This document shows positions 25,423 to 35,669 of a DNA stretch of 50,053 nucleotides, in pieces. A model generated the notes under the pieces. It saw only the letters and a program-made list of their open reading frames with translations. It ran no database searches and had not been told where the DNA came from. Both the position numbers and the translations under genes were made by a program. Every line of letters begins with the position of its first letter. Positions within the stretch are counted from its first letter, which is position 1. The stretch comes from a virus (Duplodnaviria; Caudoviricetes): positions 1 to 50,053 of the IMG/VR virus record IMGVR_UViG_3300030329_003563; one strand, given 5' to 3'.

Positions 25423-28400
25423 TGCCTAAAAAACTTTGGAAAATAGAAGCATTCGAGGGTGGGATAAACCAAAAAGCCGACCCTCGTGACATTAAAGATA
25501 ATCAGCTAGAAGAAGCATTTAATGTAGATGTCTCAAATCCTGGTCGTATAGTTATGACGGGAGACGGGACTTATGACTACAATTTATTTAATGCTAAAAG
25601 AGAAACTGTTACTCCTAATGTAAATAATTCAATTTTAAACAACCCTATGAATCTAACTCCAGGGTATGGCTTGTTTGCATTTTCTCATGACTACAATATG
25701 CTCGGGGTTGATGCCTCTGATGGTTCAGCAACTCCCCTTGGATTAGGAACTGACTTTCTTTGTATTAATGATGGGGCAGATATACATATATGGGATTCTT
25801 GTCATAGTAACGGGACTGATGCATGGTTGTCGAAAGCAATTACTTTAGGGAAAGCTCATGCTAGTGGAGACTTTAGCGATGTTGATTTTATTGAAAAAGT
25901 AAAACCTGTATATTATAAAGCAGATAATGGCCTGAGAGTATGTGATGGTCAGTTTTGCAGACAAGATACAGGGGCTTTGACTAACGATGCAGATTTTACT
26001 TCAAGTCATTCGTCATTCACCTCTGACGAGATTACACTTACGGCAGGAGAATACATCAAAATCAATAATGAGATTATGCAAGTTGTTAGTGATGTTGAGA
26101 GTAATACTACTGTAACAGTTAAGCGTGGTCAATTTGGGACTACAGCATCTTCTCATGCTGATGATTCAATAATATATACAATTAATGTCCCAAAAGTTTT
26201 ATCGCATATCAATAGACCGATGCTAGAGAAAGCTCGTATTTATTCTAGCTCCACAGCTTATACTTATGGAACTGCTGAAAATATTAATATATGGAAAGAA
26301 TCTGCTCAATCATTAGAGCCGCCTGATAATTATGGAACATATGGTTTATCTGTATATGATGGGCAAGTTAGCGCTAATGCTGTTAATGGCCTTGTTAATA
26401 CACCTGGTGGTAGTGCACATGATGATACTGATGACGTGCAATTACTTTTAGAGCCAAATCAAAAAGAAAAAGTACATTATTCTGTCTGGGAAAGTCATAG
26501 TGAAGATGACAAGGTTTTTGCTATAGAGGAGGTTACAGACGGAGGAGTTGTTAATACTAACAATTGCGTTACTTTGGTGGCTACAGATACAGGAATTAAC
26601 TTTGCAGGAGAAGGCTATACTGTAGGAAAAATTATTATTATTTCTGGTTCTACAAATTATGATGGGGTAGCTGAAATAATTGCAATGGGTGATGCTTCTC
26701 ATAAAATTACGGTTGCTATGCAGTTTGCAGATGATGCGAGCGATACAGAATTTGAAGTTCGGTTAGAAGAAAATAGAATCGATGAAAATTTACAAAATAA
26801 ATATATATTTGGGATGTCATATACATATGACGGAGGCGGAAGCGAAATACAAGAATCTCCTATAAAGCCTGGGTATGTTTATTCTGGCCTCATATCTCAT
26901 GATGAGTCAATAGGAAAAGCAGGTGGGAATTTAACTACAGCGGGATGGCTTGTAAGTGCAGATTTAGAAACAATAAATACGGCGCTACCTACATCTAGTG
27001 GCGACCATTGGAGACATTTCAATAACTATATTTGGTTTGATGATAGTGCAATAAGTGGAGCAAATGAATTTTTAGTTTATCGTATGTCTTCATCCCAAGC
27101 TGCGGGTAATTATAAAATTTCAATTGATGTGACAATTAGCAATAGCGCAACACTTATTATTCATCCTCCATTTTTTAACAAAACGAGTACAGATGCCTCT
27201 GGAGGAACAATTGGCGATGGCACTAGCGATGGAACTTCAGTAACTATTGACAAGTCTGGAACATATTTTTTCCACGCTAAAGGTTGCGACGCTGATAGCC
27301 CAGTAATGACTGATATTTTTGTAGCTGAAGGGGTTAATAGCGCCTCTTCTGATAATGATATTAGAATCAATTCAGTGCAAGTGTTTAAAGAAACGCCTGT
27401 AGAAATGGATGCTAATAATGCTATAGATATGAGAGGATGGGAAGGTATTCCTAAAACATTCTCATCGTTTAACCTTAGTAAGAATGATACTTATAAATGG
27501 AATGAAAGAATAAACGGATATCGAATATATATGAAGCAAGTAGATTCTGCGACAACTTCATTGTCAAATGAGTGGTTACTATTAAAGCATGTGGATTTAG
27601 AAAAAGGAATATACATAAATTATGGCAATGATAATGTTGAAAAAGAATTACATGCAGGTAACTCTTATGACAGGAGTACAGATGGAGATTCTTTTGCTAA
27701 ATCATTAGTTACAACATCAAAAGTCGCAGGGGATAATAAAGGCGCTATAGAGGGAGATACTTTAAGGAATATACCTCTTGATACTTATGAATCTGAAAAT
27801 GGATATAAAGCAGAGACTAATACAGCAGCTATGTATAAAACAGCGACAGTAGTTGATAGGAAAGTATTTATAGGGAATTTAAAGGTTGGAGATAAGACGT
27901 ATCCTGATAGAATGATAGAAGCTCCGACTGATAGATTCGACACATTTCCAGACGATGGGTTGCATTATATTGATGTAGCTGTCGGAGATGGTGATGAGAT
28001 AGTAAAGCTTGAATCGGTAGGGAATAAGCTTATACAATTTAAAAAGAAGCATGCATATTTAATTGAAGTATCTTCTGAAGGTGTTGACTTGCTTGATACA
28101 TGGCCATATAAAGGCATAAAGTCTCCATGTCAGGCGATTCCAGCTGGGGATGGAATCGTATGGGCCAATAATAATGGATTATATTACTATAATGGCAAAG
28201 AGTTACAGGCAGTTACAGGTGAAAACTTTTCTGCTGGAACTTGGGTTGTAGAAGAAGATGAAACGAAACCAATAATTTTAGGATACGACGAAGCATCAAA
28301 TAAAGTATTAATCTTAACAACAAATGTAACGGGCAAAGATAATGGTGGATATATATACGATATACAAAATTCATCTTTAACTGAGTGTCAAAACTTATTT

Positions 28401-29351
28401 ACTTCATATCCTACGCAATTTAGCCATATACTAACTGATGTTAATGGCGACGGGAATATAGATATACAAGATATTATTTATTTAGGCACTAATGGCCCCG
28501 AAGGTACGAATCTAGAAGGCTTAGATATGACATCGGTATTGCCAGCATTTATGGATAATATTATAGATGGAAATTATCAGCCAATGACTCCAGATTCTTT
28601 ATATAGAACGAATATGATTCCCACTAGAGATAGGCATATAATAATGGGGACTAATACATCTACGATTGATAATAAGGTTAATATCACAGCATGGAAAGAT
28701 ACGCCATCAAATTTATATAATTGGAACTCATCTGCTGTTAACTTTAACGTACAAACAAAAGATATAGATTTTGGCAATATATCAAGAAGGAAAAAAGTTT
28801 ATAGTATCTATGTATCTTTTAAGGCTCAAAGTAAAGTTTCTGGGGTAAGAGTGAAATATGCAACGAATGGCTCTAATGATTTTAGCGGAACATTTAAAGA
28901 CACAACATATTATAGTAACGCTAAGGGCTTTGATGCATATAATGGAGGGACATCTAGCGACGACTGGATTACTGTGCAATTAAAGCCAACGACATCTATA
29001 AGAAATTTATATTCAATTCAATTGCAGTTTAGTTTTGCAAGCGCAGGAAGAATAAATGCGTTAGCTTCTGGTGGAGTCGCTACAGCGCCAACGATAATTT
29101 TAGATAGCGGAGCTAGCGCAACAGATGACTATTATAATGGGATGCCTATTTATTTTTATAATGGACCAGGCTCTGGACAGATATATGGAGCTAAGATAAC
29201 TGATTACCTAGGTATCAACAAGAGGGCTACGCTATCAACTGCATTAACTGAAGCGGTAACAACTTCGACAAATTTTGATATTGGCTTTATCCCAGCAGAA
29301 TTTGCAATTAATGATATATCTATCGTATATAGACAGAAATCTATTAAATAA
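25422..29351 (+). CDS. Tail nozzle/stabilisation-like protein with inserted domains
   Basis: FEGGIN..ADPRDI N-terminus, propeller-like repeats, TKDIDFG..RRKK C-terminal motif. Confidence 0.7.
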   Translation: MPKKLWKIEAFEGGINQKADPRDIKDNQLEEAFNVDVSNPGRIVMTGDGTYDYNLFNAKRETVTPNVNNSILNNPMNLTPGYGLFAFSHDYNMLGVDASDGSATPLGLGTDFLCINDGADIHIWDSCHSNGTDAWLSKAITLGKAHASGDFSDVDFIEKVKPVYYKADNGLRVCDGQFCRQDTGALTNDADFTSSHSSFTSDEITLTAGEYIKINNEIMQVVSDVESNTTVTVKRGQFGTTASSHADDSIIYTINVPKVLSHINRPMLEKARIYSSSTAYTYGTAENINIWKESAQSLEPPDNYGTYGLSVYDGQVSANAVNGLVNTPGGSAHDDTDDVQLLLEPNQKEKVHYSVWESHSEDDKVFAIEEVTDGGVVNTNNCVTLVATDTGINFAGEGYTVGKIIIISGSTNYDGVAEIIAMGDASHKITVAMQFADDASDTEFEVRLEENRIDENLQNKYIFGMSYTYDGGGSEIQESPIKPGYVYSGLISHDESIGKAGGNLTTAGWLVSADLETINTALPTSSGDHWRHFNNYIWFDDSAISGANEFLVYRMSSSQAAGNYKISIDVTISNSATLIIHPPFFNKTSTDASGGTIGDGTSDGTSVTIDKSGTYFFHAKGCDADSPVMTDIFVAEGVNSASSDNDIRINSVQVFKETPVEMDANNAIDMRGWEGIPKTFSSFNLSKNDTYKWNERINGYRIYMKQVDSATTSLSNEWLLLKHVDLEKGIYINYGNDNVEKELHAGNSYDRSTDGDSFAKSLVTTSKVAGDNKGAIEGDTLRNIPLDTYESENGYKAETNTAAMYKTATVVDRKVFIGNLKVGDKTYPDRMIEAPTDRFDTFPDDGLHYIDVAVGDGDEIVKLESVGNKLIQFKKKHAYLIEVSSEGVDLLDTWPYKGIKSPCQAIPAGDGIVWANNNGLYYYNGKELQAVTGENFSAGTWVVEEDETKPIILGYDEASNKVLILTTNVTGKDNGGYIYDIQNSSLTECQNLFTSYPTQFSHILTDVNGDGNIDIQDIIYLGTNGPEGTNLEGLDMTSVLPAFMDNIIDGNYQPMTPDSLYRTNMIPTRDRHIIMGTNTSTIDNKVNITAWKDTPSNLYNWNSSAVNFNVQTKDIDFGNISRRKKVYSIYVSFKAQSKVSGVRVKYATNGSNDFSGTFKDTTYYSNAKGFDAYNGGTSSDDWITVQLKPTTSIRNLYSIQLQFSFASAGRINALASGGVATAPTIILDSGASATDDYYNGMPIYFYNGPGSGQIYGAKITDYLGINKRATLSTALTEAVTTSTNFDIGFIPAEFAINDISIVYRQKSIK

Positions 29352-32242
29352 TGTCTAAGCGTCCATCAAGAGGAGTATCAAGTGGAGTAGGCTCTCCTAC
29401 CAAGATGACTGGTAGAGATGGTGATTTAACAATAAGAAAGACTAGAGAAGGTAAGATTTTATATGTTAAAGAGCATGGCTCTTGGCATCCTATTAATACA
29501 GGCGTAGATACAATTAAGCTAAAGAAAGATGTAGATAGGCTTATACGGTCTGTAAATACCCTTAGAAGCGACAGTAACCCATTTCCTACCATAAACTCAC
29601 TTAACGTAAGAAAAGATAAAATTAAGCTTGGTACAGATGGAACAGGGATAACTCTTAAAAATAATAGTGGCGCATTACAATTAAGAAATGAAGCTGATAG
29701 TGGAGATGTCGTATTGGCGACCACATATACTGCAGCTAAATGTACGGACCCTTTGGCGGACCAAACGACTGCCGCTTTAAAAGGAGTAAATGCAGGTACT
29801 GAATTAACTAGTTTAGATATGGCGAATGATATTATATATATATCAGACGCAAATGATAGCGGGGACATTAAGCATTCAACAGCTAAAGTATTGACTTCTG
29901 CAATGGCAGGCTCTGGATTAACGTCTAGTGCAGGCGTTATGGCTGTTAGTGGTATAGATACAACTCATATCGCTGCAGATACTTTAGTTGCTGAATCAGA
30001 AGGAATTGGTAGTAATGATAATGATACTACTATACCTACATCAGCAGCTGTAAAAGCTTATGCTGATTCTGTGGGTGGTGGCTTTAGTGGTAGCATTACT
30101 ACAAATCAAATAGCTCATGGTTCTGGGACTAATGCGTTACAAGGAACTGATAATTTTCAATTTACAAATGGTCTTTTATCAATGGAAACTACAGATGCTT
30201 CATCCCAAAAACCTCGTATAACATTTTTAAATTCTAATGCAAATGATGAATCTGGTACAATATATTTCAATAATACCTCTGCATCTCCAGCTATAAATGA
30301 TAAATTAATGCAAATATATTGTCAAGGTATGAATAATGCTGCTAGTCCTGAAGTTATTACATATGCAACTATTAAAGCAAATATTTTAAGTTTTTCAGAT
30401 GGTAGTGAAGCAAGCTATATGGATTTTAAAACTATGGCAAGTGGCAGTGAAAGAACTTTATTAAGTCTGTATGGTGACGCTATGCTTGTTTCAGGTACTG
30501 ACGGAAGTATAGCATTTAAAATTAAAAGTTCTACAGATGCGGGTGACTTTTTTGGGGTTACTGTTGATGCTCATGGAGCTAGCACAATAGCTACCGTAGA
30601 TGATGATGCTACAGCTGCTAATCTTACATTAGATATTGACGGAGACATAGAACTCAATGCTGATGGTGGAGATATAACATTTAAAGATGATTCTGCTGCA
30701 TTAGCTCTTATAAATAGTGATGGGTTGAGAATTTATAATACTGGGAGTTCTCACTCAACATTAAATACTACTAACACTGCAGGAGATTTTACTCTCGCTA
30801 CTACAGGTGTGATAGTCAGTACAACTGTAACTAATGAGTTTACTTTAAAAAACGGGACAGGAGGTACTGACCAATATGCTCTATTTGGCAATGGTTCTGA
30901 GGGCATTAGAATATCAAGCAAAGGTACACAAGATATAAGAATAGAAACTAATTCAGGTACTGATTCAGGATTTATAAGTATAGTAGATGGCGAAGATGGA
31001 TTAATGACTATACAGCCAGATGGAGAAGGTATTTTATTACTAGGGGCAACTGCTGGGAGCATACAGTTTGCGACAAATACTTTTTTAGATTCTAATGGCA
31101 ATTCTCTATTTAGAGCTTCTTCTGCGGGGAGTGCAGTAAATGATGTAACTTTTGGGAATGCAGCTACAGGAGATTCTCCGACCATCAAAGCTACAGGAAC
31201 AGATACTGATGTAGATTTAACTTTACAGCCTAAAGGAAAAGGTAAGATAGTTGTAGATAAGAATGTTTCTGGTGACGCTGCAGATACAGGTGCTGGATTA
31301 CATATTGATTATGACAGAACAGTCGCAAGCTCTGGTACTGCAAATCATAATGATACAGGTATTGATGTTGATGTTAGTTCAGCTAGTTTAGGAACAGGTT
31401 ATTTTAGAGGAATTGATATTGATGTGGCAGGAACTTCGGCTGGTTCATCTACGACTATAGGCGCTGATATCACTGTAACTGGGGCTGATTCTAATATTGG
31501 ATTGCTTATTAATACACCAGATACTCATATACATATGCAAGCAAGTGCAGATGCTGTCAATGACTATGGAACTATAGCTGTAGCTGATACAGGTGACATG
31601 ACTATAGCTACGACAGGTAACGGCACCAAAGATTCTGATATCACATTAGATGCTGACGGCAGTATAATTCTAGATGCTTCTAGTGGTAATTTTGTAGCCA
31701 AACGCAATGGGACAGAATTTAGCGCAACTAATAGTGCTTATGCAGGAATGATATTAGGTTATACAAGGCTTGAAGGAGACTTGTCTAATCAAGATACTTT
31801 TGAGATACAAAACTCACTAACAGTGGAAGATGACGAGCATAAAATAACTTTTATAACCCCTCCAAGCCAATATGTTGAGATTGAAGCTACATTTTTGATA
31901 AATGCTGTTAGCTCGGATACCAGGATATTCGTTGGGCTAAGCTCTGCGAATGCGACAGATGGATATTCTGCTGTTTCTGCTGAATTAGAGTACGACGGTA
32001 CTGGAATAGTTTTTACAGATGATGAGGTTGATGACCATGTAAAGACCGTCAAATGGGTATTGAAATCAAGCCATTTAGCAGGTGTTGGTAGCAGTAATAC
32101 TTTTTGGATAGGATTTTCAACAGCGAATGCTACTAAAACAGCATATCTTGGCTATGGATATAGGGCAACTCATGGAATAACTGACCATCCATTTATAATT
32201 AAGGCAACAGCCCTACCTGCAGCTATACATGATGGACAATAA
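29351..32242 (+). CDS. Tail fibre-like protein
   Basis: G/T/S/D-rich; DTTIPTSAAVKAY motif; repeated ITLDADG-type units. Confidence 0.7.
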   Translation: MSKRPSRGVSSGVGSPTKMTGRDGDLTIRKTREGKILYVKEHGSWHPINTGVDTIKLKKDVDRLIRSVNTLRSDSNPFPTINSLNVRKDKIKLGTDGTGITLKNNSGALQLRNEADSGDVVLATTYTAAKCTDPLADQTTAALKGVNAGTELTSLDMANDIIYISDANDSGDIKHSTAKVLTSAMAGSGLTSSAGVMAVSGIDTTHIAADTLVAESEGIGSNDNDTTIPTSAAVKAYADSVGGGFSGSITTNQIAHGSGTNALQGTDNFQFTNGLLSMETTDASSQKPRITFLNSNANDESGTIYFNNTSASPAINDKLMQIYCQGMNNAASPEVITYATIKANILSFSDGSEASYMDFKTMASGSERTLLSLYGDAMLVSGTDGSIAFKIKSSTDAGDFFGVTVDAHGASTIATVDDDATAANLTLDIDGDIELNADGGDITFKDDSAALALINSDGLRIYNTGSSHSTLNTTNTAGDFTLATTGVIVSTTVTNEFTLKNGTGGTDQYALFGNGSEGIRISSKGTQDIRIETNSGTDSGFISIVDGEDGLMTIQPDGEGILLLGATAGSIQFATNTFLDSNGNSLFRASSAGSAVNDVTFGNAATGDSPTIKATGTDTDVDLTLQPKGKGKIVVDKNVSGDAADTGAGLHIDYDRTVASSGTANHNDTGIDVDVSSASLGTGYFRGIDIDVAGTSAGSSTTIGADITVTGADSNIGLLINTPDTHIHMQASADAVNDYGTIAVADTGDMTIATTGNGTKDSDITLDADGSIILDASSGNFVAKRNGTEFSATNSAYAGMILGYTRLEGDLSNQDTFEIQNSLTVEDDEHKITFITPPSQYVEIEATFLINAVSSDTRIFVGLSSANATDGYSAVSAELEYDGTGIVFTDDEVDDHVKTVKWVLKSSHLAGVGSSNTFWIGFSTANATKTAYLGYGYRATHGITDHPFIIKATALPAAIHDGQ

Positions 32243-32305
32243 ATTTTAGACTATGAATAAACAAATAAATTTACTAAATTACTAGTTAGACCAGAGGAGA
32301 AATAA

Positions 32306-33112
32306 ATGTCAGTAAGAGAATTAGCAAGATTAGCAAACGTAGCGGGGGATATTAGGCGTCAACGTATCAACAAGCAGCGTAGGGCAGAAGCCGAAAAACT
32401 CCTCAGTAAACGTACCGACCAAGCAAAAAAATTATCACAAAAAGACATGAAATATGGATGGCTATTAGACGCACTAAAGTTTGGTGCTAATTTTATACCT
32501 GTATATGGAAAAGCTATCAGTGCGGGAATAAGTGGCATAGATGCTATGGCAATGGCGGAGCGAACAAAGGCTTGGGAAAATCAATTCGATAAATCTGTTC
32601 CAGCACATTTAAAAGGGACTCCTTACGAAGATTTCCTTAAAACTCAACTAGGAGGATTAAAAGAGCAGCTTAGTGGGGCTTTGGAGTCAAGAAGGAAAGC
32701 AAATACTCTTCAAGAAGTATTATCAGCTGGATTAAAGGTTGGTAGTATGAAATTTGGTGGTAGCCCTGCAGGTTCTGCTACAACTATGCCAAGCGGTGTT
32801 CAGGCAATTGGTCCAGAGGGAATGCCAATACCTTCTGCACCTTTTGGGGAATCAACTAAAGCATTATCATTGTTTGATAGATTTTTACCTAAAGATAGGA
32901 CTTTGAGCTTGACTTTAGAAGAGATGTTCCCTGCGTTTAAAGCAGGAAGAGATGCAGTCACAACTCCTATTGGGAATACATCTGCAACTTTATTTGATAT
33001 TGGGGAGTATGGTAAAACATTTTTAGACGACTTACTGACAAGAGATGACCCCGCGACATCACCAGCAGTGCCTCTTGCTCAGATACCATCAATTAGAAGG
33101 AGAGTAAGATAA
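32306..33112 (+). CDS. Putative internal virion (ejection) protein
   Basis: Helical, G/A-rich hydrophobic segment; position after tail genes. Confidence 0.55.
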   Translation: MSVRELARLANVAGDIRRQRINKQRRAEAEKLLSKRTDQAKKLSQKDMKYGWLLDALKFGANFIPVYGKAISAGISGIDAMAMAERTKAWENQFDKSVPAHLKGTPYEDFLKTQLGGLKEQLSGALESRRKANTLQEVLSAGLKVGSMKFGGSPAGSATTMPSGVQAIGPEGMPIPSAPFGESTKALSLFDRFLPKDRTLSLTLEEMFPAFKAGRDAVTTPIGNTSATLFDIGEYGKTFLDDLLTRDDPATSPAVPLAQIPSIRRRVR

Positions 33113-33861
33113 TGAGTTATTTGACACCAAATTGGTTGATGAGCTCTTTTAATCAAATGCTTAAAACATCAAAAGAAGGTGCTAAAGCAGGATATGGAGA
33201 CATTTTATCAAAATCAGATTTTAGGGACGAATATAGGACAGGGACGTTTAATCCAACTTTTGGAAATACAAGATATTATTATGATTATGATTTTAATGAT
33301 GCGGGGAAATATCATGGTATAGATGTTTTTGGAGAAACAACTGGTTTTGGGACACGTACTGGACGTCCCGAAGGATACAGATTCTCCTCAGAAGATGATG
33401 CTTATAAAGCTTACGTGAAGGCGGCCACTGGCCAATCACATGGAGATTATTTTAGTCAATCTGACTTTGGCACACAAACAGCTAATATATTTGACCCTCA
33501 ATCTTTAGCTGAAGGAGTAGCAAGAGCAGAAGGTGATGACCCAGCAGGGGTAGATGCTACTGGATTAACAGCTTTTACTCCAGAAATGCTTAAAAAATTA
33601 CGTACAGAATACTATCAGCCACAAATAGAACAAGAAAGAGGTTCTTTGCTTGACAGCCTTACGAGTAGATTAAAAAAAGCACAGGCTGAGATAGGATTTG
33701 GGTTTGCAGGTTATGGTGGAAGAGATATGGCAACAAGCGTAATTAGAGAAAAATACAAGTCTGGAGTAGAAGATATTTACTCTGACATAGAGACTCAAAA
33801 AGCTGCAGGTTTGCAAGACATATATGATGTATTATCACAATATGAGACAGAGGTAAGTTAA
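33112..33861 (+). CDS. Putative internal virion protein
   Basis: Coupled gene string; GFAGYGG motif. Confidence 0.55.
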   Translation: MSYLTPNWLMSSFNQMLKTSKEGAKAGYGDILSKSDFRDEYRTGTFNPTFGNTRYYYDYDFNDAGKYHGIDVFGETTGFGTRTGRPEGYRFSSEDDAYKAYVKAATGQSHGDYFSQSDFGTQTANIFDPQSLAEGVARAEGDDPAGVDATGLTAFTPEMLKKLRTEYYQPQIEQERGSLLDSLTSRLKKAQAEIGFGFAGYGGRDMATSVIREKYKSGVEDIYSDIETQKAAGLQDIYDVLSQYETEVS

Positions 33862-35669
33862 TGGCTAAAATAGTACCAAAGGGATATGCAGACATAGGCG
33901 CTTATGACGAGCAGGATAGTTTTTTTACGTTATTAGAATATATTGACAGGTATGGCGCAGCTAAGCGTAACGTCGAAGAGAAGAGAGATGCTAATCTGTC
34001 TAACTCTTTTGAAACAATATTGAACGCGGTTAATACTGGCGCGATTGATACTGCGTTAGAGTTTGATAAATTCCAAGGTCAATACAACTCTCTAATGGAT
34101 AATGTTAATCGAAGCGGTAATCCAGCAATAAAGCTAGGGTACGAGACATTAGGAAGTGTAATGGATTCAGAGAGAAGTTCAGTTGAAATCTTTGAAAAAG
34201 GTTTTGAATCTATATCTAATGTCATGTCAGATTCTTCCAATTTAATGAACAAGAAAAGTGATGTATGGAACTATGAATATATTAATGGATTAGATGCTCA
34301 AGGAATAAGCGCTTTAGTGGCCGATTTAGACACTATGGCTGCTCAGGTAGGGTATGACCCCACAAATGGCAAAATAGCCAAATATAAAGGATATACGAAG
34401 AATGGTGTCAATGTAGCTCAAATTGAGGACCAACTGAATTTTGGCTATAATAGATTAAAAAATGTTGAAGAGACACTAAGAGGAAAAGGAAAGCTTACGC
34501 AAGAAGAATGGAAGTTCATTGCATCTAACCCAACGAATAAAGAATTAGATGCAGTAAGGAATAATGTAAAAGAGACATCTTTAAATCTATACAATGATGC
34601 TACTGCTCAAACAAGACATTATAATAAATTATTAGACATGCTTGATGTAGATAGTAATAATTCAATCTATAAAATCATTGAAGAAGGTAAGGCAAGTGGT
34701 ATTACGGGAATGGGAGAGATGGAAGATATGGCTTTCGGAATGACAGGGGATGTAGGCCTATTTAATTCATTTTTAGCAAAAACTCCTAATTATATTGCTG
34801 GCAAAGGGGCTATAGTTAAGTCAAAAAAGAAGCGACTCAGAGAGCTAGAAATGAAAGCTAATAATAATACTATAACTCAAGCTGAGCTTGATGAGTATAG
34901 AAGCAACCCTATAACTCCTGCTGAAGAAAGTATTTTAGTTTTTTCTGATATGTATGACGATTTAATTGAAGGGATTCAAGAAAAACATACCGAGCAAACC
35001 GAACTTAGAATGCAAATGAGAGATAAATATAATTTTTGGAGCGAAGTTCCTCTTGATATAGATATTGCAGAAAAAACATTTGAAAAAAATAAAGTTAAGG
35101 AAGACGAAACGCTTGATACCGCTGGCAGTGCGACCGAAGCAATATCTACTGATTATAAAATAAAAAAATTAATTGAAGAGCAAGAGTCTAAAGAATCTAA
35201 AAAAGAAGAAAAAAAGACTTCTTTTGTAATGCCTAAATCTGAGATGGTTGCTGAAAAAATAAAAAATAGCCAAATCGTTCAAAATATTAGTCGAGAGATT
35301 CCTAAAAATGTTATTGATGTCGTCGTTGGAAACTCAAAATCATCTACATTGAGTGGACTTATAACTAGTATGGGGGCAAACTCTACGATGGCACTAATGC
35401 TAGACGCTTGGAAGTTAATGACATGGGAAGGAGAGGAAGTAGGGACAGTACAGCCTAGCGCATCTCAACCTAGCCAGACTCCCGTAGCAGCTGATATCGA
35501 CTTAGACACATTTGCACAAGGTATCAATAGTAGTCAAGATGCACGTAGAATGCTAGGTGGATTTCAAGCTAATGCTTTATATCTAGCTGCAAAAAATTAT
35601 AAAAAGAATCCTAATGCAAATACAAAAAAGAAATTAGAATATTTTTACCAAAAATACTTAAAAAAGTAG
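33861..35669 (+). CDS. Putative internal virion protein
   Basis: 602 aa helical protein preceding the giant ORF. Confidence 0.55.
   Translation: MAKIVPKGYADIGAYDEQDSFFTLLEYIDRYGAAKRNVEEKRDANLSNSFETILNAVNTGAIDTALEFDKFQGQYNSLMDNVNRSGNPAIKLGYETLGSVMDSERSSVEIFEKGFESISNVMSDSSNLMNKKSDVWNYEYINGLDAQGISALVADLDTMAAQVGYDPTNGKIAKYKGYTKNGVNVAQIEDQLNFGYNRLKNVEETLRGKGKLTQEEWKFIASNPTNKELDAVRNNVKETSLNLYNDATAQTRHYNKLLDMLDVDSNNSIYKIIEEGKASGITGMGEMEDMAFGMTGDVGLFNSFLAKTPNYIAGKGAIVKSKKKRLRELEMKANNNTITQAELDEYRSNPITPAEESILVFSDMYDDLIEGIQEKHTEQTELRMQMRDKYNFWSEVPLDIDIAEKTFEKNKVKEDETLDTAGSATEAISTDYKIKKLIEEQESKESKKEEKKTSFVMPKSEMVAEKIKNSQIVQNISREIPKNVIDVVVGNSKSSTLSGLITSMGANSTMALMLDAWKLMTWEGEEVGTVQPSASQPSQTPVAADIDLDTFAQGINSSQDARRMLGGFQANALYLAAKNYKKNPNANTKKKLEYFYQKYLKK

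Noticed and set aside
15602-32242. Diversity-generating retroelement acting on fibre or lectin genes
   Set aside because: No reverse transcriptase ORF and no adenine-variable template/variable repeat pair noticed.
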